NCBI GenBank assembly: GCA_951406725.2
Contig: OX597816.1
Span: 127,596,001-127,660,000 of the forward strand
Origin: Octopus vulgaris
Lineage: Eukaryota
DNA: 64,000 nucleotides
Direction of reading: 5' to 3'
How positions within the stretch are numbered: the stretch's first letter is position 1; each line of letters starts with the position of its first letter. Position numbers and translations under genes: made by a program. This document shows positions 1 to 11,440 of the stretch, piece by piece. The notes under the pieces were generated by a model. The model made no database searches. It was given only the letters and a program-made list of their open reading frames with translations, and had not been told where the DNA came from.

Positions 1-196
1 TTTCTGTAGTGATAAAAGTGCTTAAGTATACTTTTGCAGTCATTCAGACACTCATGTACAAAATACACTTAAATATAAATATCAATTACCAGAATATATT
101 ACAAAGCTCAGTAGGGTTGCACATTACAAGGGTTATTATAGGCAGACCTAACAACTGATTATTTGTGCTCATATTACAACATGGTATTATATACAA

Positions 197-265
<69 letters not shown>

Positions 266-507
266 CAGAAACAAACAGGTATGGTATATATATATATGAC
301 TGCATAATAATACATCATAATAATATTTTATTCTCCAATTTGAAGCAACAATTTTTAGATATGAACAAATGACTGAAAAATGATGACCTAACCCCAGCCA
401 GAATCAAACCCACAAATCAATGTTAACATAATTATACAGTTATTATCATTATATTATGAGTCTTCCATAGTAGTTTTCTCTCTGTAACTTACAAAGCATT
501 TTGAGTT

Positions 508-899
508 TGTGGTAAGTAGCTTGCTTACCAGCCACATGGTTCTGGGTTCATTCCCACTGCATGGCATCTTGGGCAAGTGTCTTCAACTATAGCCTCGGTC
601 TGACCATATCCTTGTGAGTGGATTTGGTCGATGGAAACTGAAAGAAGCCCATCGTATATATGTATATGTATACATATATGTATGTGTCTGTGTTTGTCCC
701 CCCAACATCGCTTGACAACTGATGCTGGTGTGTTTACGTCCCCGTAACTTAGCGGTTCGGCAAAAGAGACTGATAGAATAAGTACTAGGCTTACAAAGAA
801 TAAGTCCTGGTGTTGATTTGCTCGACTAAAGGGGGTGCTCCAGCATGGCCGCAGTTAAATGACTGAAACAAGTAAAAGAGTAAAAGAGAGAGTAAAGAG
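508..899 (+). mobile_element. tRNA-derived SINE, family A (slightly 5'-truncated)
   Basis: tRNA-like head (TGTGGTAAG...GGGTTCATTCCC), central CTTGGGCAAGTGTCTTC, internal (TA/TG)n, 3' GGTGCTCCAGCATGGCC tail ending in (GTAAAAGA)n; more than ten homologous copies in the window. Confidence 0.85.
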
Positions 900-923
900 T
901 ATATATATATATATTCAACAAGA

Positions 924-1070
924 TTCTTTCAGTTTCCATCTACCAAATCCACTCACAAGACTTTGGTCAGCCTGAGGTTATGGTAGAAGACAGTTACCCA
1001 AGGTGCTATGCAGTGGGGCTGAAACTGAAACCATGTGGCTGGAAAGCAAACTTCTTACTACACAACCACA
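924..1070 (-). mobile_element. SINE family A, 5' half
   Basis: Reverse complement matches the head of the 508-899 copy. Confidence 0.75.
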
Positions 1071-1149
1071 TCTATAGGTTTCATATAGATTTCTATACAT
1101 ATACACATAGATGAATATGAATAAATTTTTATGACAAAAACATATACAC

Positions 1150-1296
1150 TGACGTTAGGAAGGGCATCCAGCTGTAGAAACATTGCCTGATCAGACTGGG
1201 CCTGGTGCAGCCTTCTGGCTTTCCAGACCCCAGTTGAACCGTCCAACCCATGCTAGCATGGAAAGCGGACGCTAAACGAAGATGATGATGATGATG
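1150..1296 (+). mobile_element. RTE 3'-tail fragment ending in (GAT)n
   Basis: GTTAGGAAGGGCATCCAGCTGTAGAAAC...CCCATGCTAGCATGGAAAGCGGAC matches the 3' UTR of the RTE at 10791-13463. Confidence 0.8.
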
Positions 1297-1768
1297 ACAG
1301 CTGGATTTAGTCAAATTATTAAGCATTTGAGTAGTCACTACTAACAAGTCTACAACTGATAGCCAAAACTAGTCTCATCTAGTAATCTTAGAGATCCTCA
1401 TGGGGTGGTTATCTCCTCTGTCATTGTATATATATATATATGGTGCACTTCTTACAGCATTAAAAGTTTTTTACTCTTATTTCTAGCAATATAGGTGCTT
1501 CACACCCTCTGTCACAATTAGTGATGATAACATTTTTTCCTTTATGGTATTATATTGCACCTAGCTGTTTATATTAATTTGTAACAAACGTATTAGCATT
1601 TTGCTAAATCAGCCATAAATTTTTATGATAAAAATATATATGCAGACAGCTGGATTAGCCACACCACTGAGTGTTCGAATAGTCATTACTGATCAGCTTG
1701 CAACTGATACTGAAGCTAGTCTAGTCTAGTGATCCTAGATACCCACAGGGCAGTTATCTCCCCTGTCA
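1296..1768 (+). mobile_element. Two diverged direct copies (1296-1423, 1645-1768) of a pLTR-like unit with a degenerate hammerhead
   Basis: Copy 2 reads GTCATTA-CTGATCA-...-GAAGC-TAGTCTAGTC-TAGTGAT (stem I, core, stem III); same family on the minus strand at 27165-27555. Confidence 0.5.
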
Positions 1769-1773
1769 GTGTA

Positions 1774-1829
<56 letters not shown>

Positions 1830-2363
1830 TATATATATATGTACACACCTACATATATATATGTATATATACATGCATATATGGGTACTGAACATCAAAA
1901 AAATGTAGACACAATGTTTTCTATGTTTTTGTTTTTATGTTTTCATTCTAATTGTGTCTACGTTTTTTTTTTTTATGCCCTGTACCCATATATGCCTGTA
2001 TATATACATATATATGTAGGAATGTACATATATGTATATATTTATATATTATTTATATTATTATATGATGGAATGCCACACATCCTTTTGCAAGTTTTAC
2101 ATATATATATATATGTGTGTGTGTGTGTATATGTAAAAAAATTCAAACTGGGACAAGAACGCAAAACATTTAGAAGACGATACAAAAAACATGGACAGGA
2201 CATTCAAAGCCTTCAATCTTCAGTCAAGAATCGGATCATCCTCGCAATTTCAGCTGATTAATCTTGAGATCGCTCCGATCCGGCCAGCCCTAAGCAAAAA
2301 CTAAGCTACGAGCATTAGATTTCTTGGAAAAAGGATTTGAATGTATATATTTGTCTGTATGTG

Positions 2364-2394
<31 letters not shown>

Positions 2395-2598
2395 AACGGG
2401 AAGCTTTACGAAAATAAACAAAAGACGAAGGCAGGTGGAGTACAAACAAACATTGTATTAGTATGGCGCTCAGGAATAGAAATAAAACAAGTCTTTTACA
2501 TTTCGAGCCTACGCTCTTCAACAGAAAGATACACAGAAAAGAAACACAGAGAGAAACAAGGAGAGAAAAAAAATGCGTGCAGGAGCTAATGATTCAAC
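2395..2598 (-). mobile_element. Short PLE-type repeat with minimal hammerhead (2492-2529), flanked by (TA)n
   Basis: Minus strand TCTTT-CTGTTGA-A-GAGC-GTAG-GCTC-GAAATGTA-AAAGA; homolog at about 27955-28105. Confidence 0.6.
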
Positions 2599-2630
<32 letters not shown>

Positions 2631-2919
2631 ATATCACCATTAAGTGTTTTTAACTTTTATTTATTGCAATATAGGTGTTTTGGCATGCTCAGTTACAATA
2701 AGTGATGATAAAATTTTTCCTATATGAATGTACGTATGCATACATGTATGTGGATGAACATGGGTGTGAGTAGGAGTGGGTATGTTTGGGTGTTTGGATA
2801 TGTATATATGTATGCTTGTGTATGTAGATAGGTATGTGTGTGTGTGTGTGCAAATGTATGTGTACTGTATATACATATGTGTATGTCTGTTATGTGTACT
2901 TGTATATATGCATAAGCAT

Positions 2920-2978
<59 letters not shown>

Positions 2979-3989
2979 AGTGTCTCTATATAAATGCATA
3001 GATTTATATGTATATTGCAGTATATAGGATTTTAATGCACAAATATACAAGAATTTATGCTTCTTGAGTGCTTGCTCATATTTACAGGTAGGTTAGCAAG
3101 TATACCTTTCTTAGATTGCATTTATTTAAGGATTTATTGTAACTTATTGATTATCTATTTCATTGATTTAATTAGGTATCTTTTTCTGCATATTATTTCG
3201 TTTATTCAGTTACCCACCTATTTATTTAGTTATATATATTTATATATTTATGACACAAGTAAGTGTATATTTATTCTAAGTATGTGTGTATTAACTTGAC
3301 ATGAAATGAAATTGTTTGTTTATTCTATCTGCCTCTAATTCTTTGACAGTGTATTTCATAGAGAAATTGATAAGAATTAGATTTATTCTTTAACATTTGA
3401 AACCACCAAAAAATATACAGGAATATGTTAACACAGTTTAGAAATCAAAAATATTGAGTTATACAAGAGATAGTGAATTAGCAAAAGTGGAATTTCTTTG
3501 CCAAACATGAAATCTGTAAATTCCAATTATTTGCTCTGTAGTTAACTTGCATATGGTTTCTGCAGTTAATTTGCATTTGATTTCTGGTTTCCTTTATCTT
3601 TTCACTCAGCAGCTGTGTAATTCAGAAATCTGCTCCCCAACCACAGGGTTCTAGGTTCAGTTTTACTGCATGGCCTCTTGGGCAAGTGTCTCTTTTTGAT
3701 AGCCCTGGGACCAAAGCCTTCTTAGTGAATTTGGTAGACGGAAACCAAAACAAGCTAATTGTATATGTGTATATATTTATGTATATGTGTGTATATCTTC
3801 GTATATGCACGTGTGTGTATGCCTCTGTATGCGTATGTTTGTGTGTGTAAGTTTTTGTTTGTTTATATTTTTGCCCTAGGAATATTGCAAGTTGTAAGTG
3901 TCTGTTTGTTGTCAATTCTCCTGTCAACATTTAATTTGCATTTTTCAAGTTTACAAAGATTTTTGCTCTATGACTTGCTTTACTTGAAA

Positions 3990-4200
3990 TAAATTTCAGT
4001 CCTTCGAGAAAACTTCAGTTCTGGAATTTAAATAGTTGTGGATCTTTGACTTTAGCAAGATGTGTTCTTTCTGCTATTCAAAGGTTGCATTTCTTTGAAA
4101 CATTCACGTATGACTATACTCTCTCAAAGACCTTCAATTTGATACTGCAAAGTATTTCGTTGTCCCTTGATTTCCATTGCTTCATGAAGTTCTTACAAAA
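3990..4200 (-). pseudogene. Penelope-like GIY-YIG C-terminal relic
   Basis: Manual translation QWKSRDNEILCSIKLKVFERV*SYVNVSKKCNL*IAERTHL.../LNSRTEVFSK resembles the PLE C-terminus W..K...I.W....Y....CNLC..EK...LN.R.E. Confidence 0.55.
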
Positions 4201-4529
4201 TACATTTTCTGCTATCTAATAGGATATTTTTACATAATTAGGATTTCAATGAACTAATGACCGATGATCTAAGGGAAGTAACTGATGTTTTAAAAACTGA
4301 GTTACCATGTCAAACAAACAAAACAAGCATTCACATACTACCAGTAACCATTTTTATGACAAACCCAAACATTGCTGAAATAAATTTGTAGCAGATTGGT
4401 ATAGACTAAGCCAGGTAGCTTTCTTCTGACATCAAACTTAAGTAGTTTGTTTGCAAATAAGTACCCACTTATACAATATAACTCACATATTTATTGATCA
4501 CTTTACTTTACTGAAGCTAGCAATAAATG

Positions 4530-4760
4530 AAAGGAGAGACACACAAAAGGAAAGAAGAAAGCAAAGGACCACTGATGAGGTCACAGAAGTGTGACGAAAG
4601 AACTCTGGCTGAAATACAATTAATATAGAATAAAGCTGAAGCAAGTGAACACCAAAATATATAATGTGTGTGTTTTTATTGGCTAAACTGGCAACATGAC
4701 CGTCCCCCAAAACAACAATATCTGTTTCAACACATGAATTCACATCAAGAATCTTGCAAA
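4530..4760 (+). mobile_element. PLE pLTR-like repeat containing a hammerhead
   Basis: Homologous to 7990-8297; followed by (TG)(TA)(GA)n. Confidence 0.6.
4567..4610 (+). ncRNA. Type I hammerhead ribozyme, intact core
   Basis: CCA-CTGATGA-G-GTCACA-GAAG-TGTGAC-GAAA-G-AA-CTC-TGG: perfect 6-bp stem II and a CUC cleavage triplet. Confidence 0.7.
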
Positions 4761-4761
4761 A

Positions 4762-4857
<96 letters not shown>

Positions 4858-4984
4858 CTTTTAATGATGTATTTACATTTAATATGATACATAAATGACT
4901 ATGTTAACTTAATACTGCTTCTGTTGCAAATAACGGAGTTTAATCAATTATTCCCAAAGTTCCCAAACGTACACACGCTAGTAT

Positions 4985-5984
4985 ACAGAAACTCTTCAAT
5001 TAATATGGTTAATTAAGCCCTTTAAAGTGCTGCAGTAAATGAAATAATGTTAATCAAATATAAAAACACAAGTAAAATATTGTGATTCATCAAACTCATT
5101 CTTTTAAAATCATATTTTTCCTTAAATTACTTTTAAAAAGAAAACCAGGAACAGTTTTTTTTTTCCTTTTTCCAAGGAACGATTTTATGGACATACACTT
5201 CCAAAATAAAATAGTCTCATCAACAGTGGCAATATCATCATAGTTTTGTGCTTCTAGAAACCTTTGAAATTCTGTTTTGAATTTCTGTACAGATTCCTTA
5301 TCAGCGCTGGCAAATTCACTTTGAATTCTTACATTATGCAAACCAGATTGGTGTTTGATGCATTTGAACTACCCCAAGCTACCTATAAAATATGTATCTG
5401 CTTTAGATTCATTGTTTTCTTTCAATGTAAAGAATAGGCTCAAAGCTTTTTGACTTGGTACTGCAGGTATTCATAAGAATATAGTTCTGATTATAGTCTT
5501 CAGTTCATTTTAATCATCTTTTCATTCTGATTTCAATTTGGTTGTTTTCTTGTCAAAGAAAGAGTCATCTGTCCTTTTACTTTATAATTTTCTTCTTGTT
5601 CTAAAATATTGTATACAGTTGATTCATTTAGTCCAAATGAGTAGGTTACCTTGACTTCTAGCACCATTATCATGGCCTTTAATTATTTTAAGTTTCTTCT
5701 TAAGAGAGAAACATTTCAATTTTTTTTTTCTTAATGCAGTTATTCTCACCTTTATCTTACTGCTTATCCATTGTTAATGAGAGAAAATATTCTACCAGTG
5801 AGCAATGTCACAAGAAAGAAAAAGCTGAAACAATGCATGCTTCTAATGCTGGCTGCTAGCCATTGCTATGAGAACAGAGCATGTTATAAGATTTTTATTT
5901 CTTTACATAGGACCCTGTTGTATGAAATATAGTTCATTAGATAAAGACAGGTCACAATTAATAAACCATGTAACTTGAAACCTG
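4985..5984 (-). mobile_element. Decayed Tigger/pogo (CENP-B-like) DNA transposon; boundaries approximate
   Basis: Minus-strand relics SLKKKLKII (HTH), FIGSLG*FKCIK..GLHNVRIQSEFASAD and TVDETILFWKCM (cf. Tigger NxDETGLFWKxMP); multiple stops. Confidence 0.7.
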
Positions 5985-6179
5985 TATATCAAAATTGTAT
6001 TAAATGGAAGATCCTTATACATTCATGCATGCATGCATCGATCGATCGATCCATCCATACATTCATTCATACATACATACATACATACATGCATGCAGAG
6101 TCAAACTGCTATTAAATACAAGTAACTCCAAGCAAATGTGTTTTGTATTACTTTCTTTCATTTTTTCACACATATCGAA

Positions 6180-6662
6180 ATTGAAATCAAATTCGATGAC
6201 TGGCATCTGTGCTAGTGGAGTGCTAAGAGTACCATACGAGTGAGATTGTTGCCAGAACAACAAGCTGGCCTCCGTACCGATGGCGTGTTAAAAACACCAT
6301 TCAAGCGTGATCGTTACCTGCGTCACCTTACTAGCACTTGTGCTGGTGGCATGTGAAAAACATTTGAGCAAGGTTGTTGCCAGTGCTGCTGGACTGACTC
6401 CTGTGCAGGTAGCACATAAAAAGCACCATTTGAGCGGGGCCATTGCTAGTACCGCCTGACTGGCCCTCATGCCGGTGGCACCTAAAAGTACCCACTACAC
6501 TCTCGGAGTGGTTGGTGTTAGGAAAGGCATCAAGCTGTAGAAACTCTGCCAGATCAGATTGGAGTCTGGTGCAGCCATCTGGTTTGCCAGACCTCAGTCA
6601 AATCGTCCAACCCATGCTAGCATGGAAAGCGGATGTTAAACGATGATGATGATGATGATGAT
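6180..6662 (+). mobile_element. RTE-type 3' UTR fragment with internal subrepeats and (GAT)n tail
   Basis: Matches the 3' UTR of 10791-13463, more diverged. Confidence 0.75.
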
Positions 6663-7056
6663 GAGTATATATATGTCTATATGTATGAATGAATGAATGA
6701 ATGAATGTGTGATTTTTCTATGAGTTTAAGTTCTTCTTGAGAGAGTTGATGCTGGTCACTAAAACAGCAACAGGGCTTTTTGAGTTAAGAGACTTCCTGA
6801 TGTTTGTAAATATGTGGTTAAATTGGTGTATTGGTTGAACTGCCCATGCATACACCTGAGTGTGTGCAACTATATACATAATAATCTCAGATGGAGAAAT
6901 TTTAAGATATCTTACCACTCTTCACTGTGCCATTAATAGATTGGATTTGAAGAATCCATGTCAGCTTCTTTTGCTCTTTTTCCTTGAAACTAAGTATTTC
7001 AACGTTTTTATGCAAATTTGTATTTATTTATGTATTTATGCATCATCATCATCACT

Positions 7057-7147
7057 GGCAAGTGTCTTCTACTATAGCCTCAGGCCGACCAAAGTCTTGT
7101 GAGTGGACTTGGTAGATGGAAACTGAAAGAAGCCTGTTGTATATATG

Positions 7148-7183
<36 letters not shown>

Positions 7184-7400
7184 CATGTGTATTTGTTTGT
7201 CTGTGTTTGTTCCCCCAACATCGCTTGACAACTGACGCTGGTGTGTTTACGTACCCGTAACTTAGCAGTTTGGCAAAAGAGACGGATAGAATAAGTACTA
7301 GGCTTACAAAGAATAAGTGCTGGGATCGATTTGCTCGACTAAAGGTGGTGCTCCAGCATGGCTGCAGTCAAATGACTGAAACAAGTAAAAGAGTTAAAGA
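7057..7400 (+). mobile_element. SINE family A (5'-truncated)
   Basis: High similarity to 508-899. Confidence 0.85.
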
Positions 7401-7930
7401 GTATATGTTTTCCATGCTGGTATGGGTTGGACAGTTTGACATGGAGCTGGCCAGACTCCAACAGTCTATTGTGGTATGTATATATACATCAGCCATGATT
7501 CTATCCTTGATCACTATTCACTATATTCACCTCTATCCCCATTTCTAACATTTGTCACCTTCCTCTCACATGCTTGTCAACTTACCAAACTATCCTTCAC
7601 TTCTAAATTGTGTACTATTGGGTTCACTCCTACTGTAGGACACCGAGGATAGTTGTGTCTTCTACTATAGCTATGTGTTGACCAAAGCCTTGGGTGTGGG
7701 TTTCCAAGACGGAAATTGGAAGAAGATAATCATGTGTGTGTGTGTGTCATGTGCATTGTAAATAAACATTACCATTGTACAAGTAGTACCATACATGTGC
7801 AGTTTTCCTTTAAAATAAAACAATCTCTGGATTACTGTCTGTTTGATTGCCTGTACCTGTGGATGGTCTTAATAATGCAACCTCAAGGGTTAACACCTGA
7901 AATGAAATTATTATGCATATATACATACAA

Positions 7931-7978
<48 letters not shown>

Positions 7979-7989
7979 GTTTAAATATT

Positions 7990-8289
7990 TGTTGTGCAAG
8001 ATTTTTTATGTGAAGTCGTGTGTTGAAACAGATATTGTTATATTTCGGAATGGTCATATTGCCAGTTTAGCCAATAAAAAATGGCTGACGGTTAGTAAGG
8101 AGAGACACAAGTAAGTGAGAAGAAAACAAAGGACCACTGATGCGGTCACAGGAGTGTGACGAAAGAACTTTGGCCGAAATAAGATTAAGATTAATGTAAA
8201 AAATAAATATCACTGAAGCAAAATAACACCAAATATATAGTGCGTGTGTTTTTATTGGCTAAACTGGCAATATGACCATTCCGAAATAT

Positions 8290-8297
<8 letters not shown>
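7990..8297 (+). mobile_element. PLE-type element: pLTR with hammerhead plus inverted partial copy
   Basis: HHR at about 8132-8175 with mutated core (CTGATGC); near-perfect inverted repeat about 8033-8080 / 8250-8297; (TA)n on both sides. Confidence 0.65.
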
Positions 8298-8343
<46 letters not shown>

Positions 8344-8449
8344 GGATAAGATCATTAATTTAAATAATGATCTTATCAAGTGGCCAGCATGGGAATAAAA
8401 ACCTTCAAAAGTAATAATTATTATTAAAATTATAATTTAGGGTATCTAA

Positions 8450-8584
8450 GAGATACCACCACGCTGGAAATAGCAGTCAAAACTTGACTCTAAAACCACA
8501 TTAAATGTTCATACAGCACCAGGAGAGTGCTGTATGTACATTTAATGTGGTCAAGGTTTGACTGCTATTTCCAGCGTGGTGGTA

Positions 8585-8588
<4 letters not shown>
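8450..8588. repeat. Foldback/MITE-like element with about 39-bp inverted arms
   Basis: GAGATACCACCACGCTGGAAATAGCAGTCAAA ... TTTGACTGCTATTTCCAGCGTGGTGGTATCTC, followed by (AT)n. Confidence 0.75.
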
Positions 8589-8655
<67 letters not shown>

Positions 8656-9257
8656 GTATATGCACGTGCACACACACACATACATTAATGTTTGTTTTCA
8701 TGTTATAATAAAACAATTTTACATTAAATTGAAGGATTACTCACTACATATGGTAGAATACAAAATTGTATTACTAAACAAAAATACTATTGACAATGTC
8801 TTTGAAGTTTCAGCTAGCTAAGCAGTATGTGTATGTGTGTATGTGTGTGTACTTGTAATAGTTATAGATGGTTATTTCCTGGTCATTCATGTTTATTCTT
8901 ATTTCCTGGTCAGCAAATCACATAACTCATTGCTTTCAAAGACATGTAAACTGAATTCTCCCTTAATTGAATAACAGGAATGTGTTAATGACAGGATTGG
9001 AATTCAAACCATAAAGTAATGTCTGAATAACATGTAATCATCTAACCTGTGTTAGTACGGAAATGCAGAATAAAAGGAATACACAAATGCATGCACGTAT
9101 GCATTTTTCTATCCATTCATACATACAAGATCATAGTTCTGACAGCCTTAATGTCATCCCCAGTTGCATGTGACAGCTAAAAGTTTTTTCATTCACACAT
9201 ACACATACACAAACATTCACACACACACACACACACACATACACACACACTCACACA

Positions 9258-10190
9258 CTCAGCTAATTTTACCAATTGGCTTTGCATACAAGAGTTTGGG
9301 GGAAACCTCGTCTTGGTACTCATCAGAAGGGCTGGTAGGCTATGGCTCGCTTAATGGTAAATGCAGCACAGAGACCATTAAGGTGGCGAGATGGCAGAAA
9401 CATTAGTACGCTGGGCGAAATGCTTAGCAGTATTTCATCTGCCACTACGTACTGAGTTCAAATTTCGCCGAGGTCGACTTTGCCTTTCATCCTTTCATGG
9501 TCGATTAAATAAGTACCAGGTACGCATTGGGGTCATTATAATCGACTTAACCCATTTGTCTGTCCTTGTCTGTCCCCTCTGTGTGTAGTCTCTTGTGGGC
9601 AGTACAGAAATAAGAGACCACTATATATATATGAAGTGGATATCATATCAGAGTATCTCAGCAGGTAGACAGTTGGGCTGCAATATGTGGGTATGACAAA
9701 ACGTCCCTTCACTATCAGATTTAACAACCACAAATACTCCTTTGATTTTTGGGAGAGGTGAAGTATCACAGCCCAGGCTAGGTATATATAGCTGTTGAAA
9801 GAAAACACTTCAGATTTCAGCATCAAGTGGTGAATATTGGAGAGGCACAAGCCTTACTTCTGTAGAAGTAGGAAGTGCAGGCTATGCTTGTAAAGTTTCT
9901 CTTCACCAGGATACCTACGGAAACTGCAAAATAAGATTTTCTGATCCTGCCTACATGAAAAAAAATATGTGCCCTGATACTGGTAGACTCCACTTTATGC
10001 ATAAACATTAAAGCTTCCATCATTAGTACTTTCCACTACCAAAATCTGAGAGTTTGGCACAAGATTTACCACACCCAACATTTTTCCTTACAAACACATA
10101 CATATATATGTACATGTTCATGAGTTTAAGGGAATACTCAGCCCAGTCACAAGCTCTCATGTACAAAACTGACTGGTAAAGTCAGTTGAA
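9258..10190 (+). mobile_element. Penelope-like element relic: inverted pLTR, GIY-YIG endonuclease, pLTR
   Basis: Translation SLNGKCSTET/IYEVDI...QYVGMTKRPFTIRFNNHKYSF...YI*LLKE..IKW*IL...PY..SRKCRLCL; minus-strand CTGATGA at about 9327; homologous direct copy at about 10115-10190. Confidence 0.75.
9381..9613 (+). mobile_element. SINE family B (MetaSINE-like central domain) nested in the PLE
   Basis: GCCTTTCATCCTTTC..GGTCGAT..AATAAGTACCAG core; TSD AGAGACCA(T/C)TA. Confidence 0.85.
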
Positions 10191-10320
10191 ATAGATCTAT
10201 AATAATGTATTGTGTAAATAATAATATATGTGTTTGTGTGTGTATGTGAGTATATGTGAGTGTATACATGGTAGGTAGATAGTTAGATTCATAGACTATA
10301 CAATACATATATATGCATCC

Positions 10321-10362
<42 letters not shown>

Positions 10363-10431
10363 ATATGCACACATTCTGTATTTATATGCATATCAATAAA
10401 TAGGCTAAATTTCATAGTATGTATATATTAT

Positions 10432-10617
10432 AGTTCTATATTTAAGAGATGAGGAATTATGTACTTTATTTACAGTATTCACATATGACGAATATTTGTC
10501 CTCATCTTGTTTGTTGTTAACACAATGTTTTGGCTGATATACCCTCCAGCCTTCATCAGGTGTCTTGGTGAAATTTCAAACCTGGGTTCTCGTTCCTAAG
10601 GTTTTTTTTTGATGTTG

Positions 10618-10666
<49 letters not shown>

Positions 10667-10760
10667 CATTATTATTATTCATGTCACGGCCTGGAATTGA
10701 ACTCAGAATTTTGGAGTTAGTGACCCACACTCTTAACCACTATGCCATATGCCCACGGGC
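10432..10760 (-). mobile_element. tRNA-headed, hammerhead-containing SINE-like element
   Basis: A box TGGCATAGTGG (10747-10737), B box GAGTTCAATTCC (10704-10693), (AAT)n spacer, HHR at 10564-10519. Confidence 0.7.
10519..10564 (-). ncRNA. Minimal type I hammerhead (two CpG-type mutations)
   Basis: GACAC-CTGATGA-A-GGCTG-gagggtatat-CAGCC-aAAACaTT-GTGTT; inferred ancestral GAAACGTT. Confidence 0.6.
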
Positions 10761-10963
10761 AACATTCTGAGTTTGATTCCAGGCAGTGACATCATCATCA
10801 TCATCATCGTCGTTTAACGTCCGCTTTCCATGCTAGCATGGGTTGGACGGTTCAACTGGGGTCTGGGGAGCCCGAAGGCTGCACCAGGCCAGTCAGATCT
10901 GGCAGTGTTTCTACAGCTGGATGCCCTTCCTAACGCCAACCACTCCGAGAGTGTAGTGGGTGA

Positions 10964-11215
10964 TTTTATGTGCCACCGACACAGGTGCCAGACGAGGCTG
11001 GCGAACGGCCACGCTCGGATGGTGTTTTTATGTGCCACCGACACAGGTGCCAGACGAGGCTGGCGACCGGCCACGCTCGGATGGTGTTTTTATGTGCCAC
11101 CGACACAGGTGCCAGACGAGGCTGGCAGACGGCCACGCTCGGATGGTGTTTTTATGTGCCACCGACACAGGTGCCAGACGAAGCTGGCAGACGGCCATGC
11201 TCGGACGGTGTTTGC
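10964..11215. repeat. Four 62-bp tandem repeats in the RTE 3' UTR
   Basis: ATGTGCCACCGAC recurs at 10968, 11030, 11092 and 11154. Confidence 0.95.
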
Positions 11216-11440
11216 GGTACTGGCTACGGTCCCGTTCAGATGGTTTTCTTATGTGCCGCCGGCACTGGTACCACAAGGATACAAATTCCATTGATGTTCA
11301 TCTATTTTGATTTTGTTTGACCTGATTCGATTTGACTTGATTTGATTTCCCTCAACAGGTCTTCACAAGTGTCACAAGCAGGAAGGTATGCTCAGGCGGA
11401 CTGACTACGTCCCAGGTAGGGGCCACGGGTTATGGCTTCA

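Noticed and set aside
2145-2340. Hammerhead in the TA-flanked repeat (minus-strand CTGAAGA)
   Set aside because: No correctly placed GAAA and stem II; left as an unclassified repeat related to about 28605-28660.
10690-10760. tRNA gene (also the heads at 24930-24994 and 32180-32250)
   Set aside because: A and B boxes are present, but I could not fold a convincing cloverleaf and each continues into a repeat body.
10964-11215. Regular repeats resembling a CRISPR array
   Set aside because: Contiguous 62-bp units with no unique spacers, no cas genes, and located in a eukaryotic LINE UTR.
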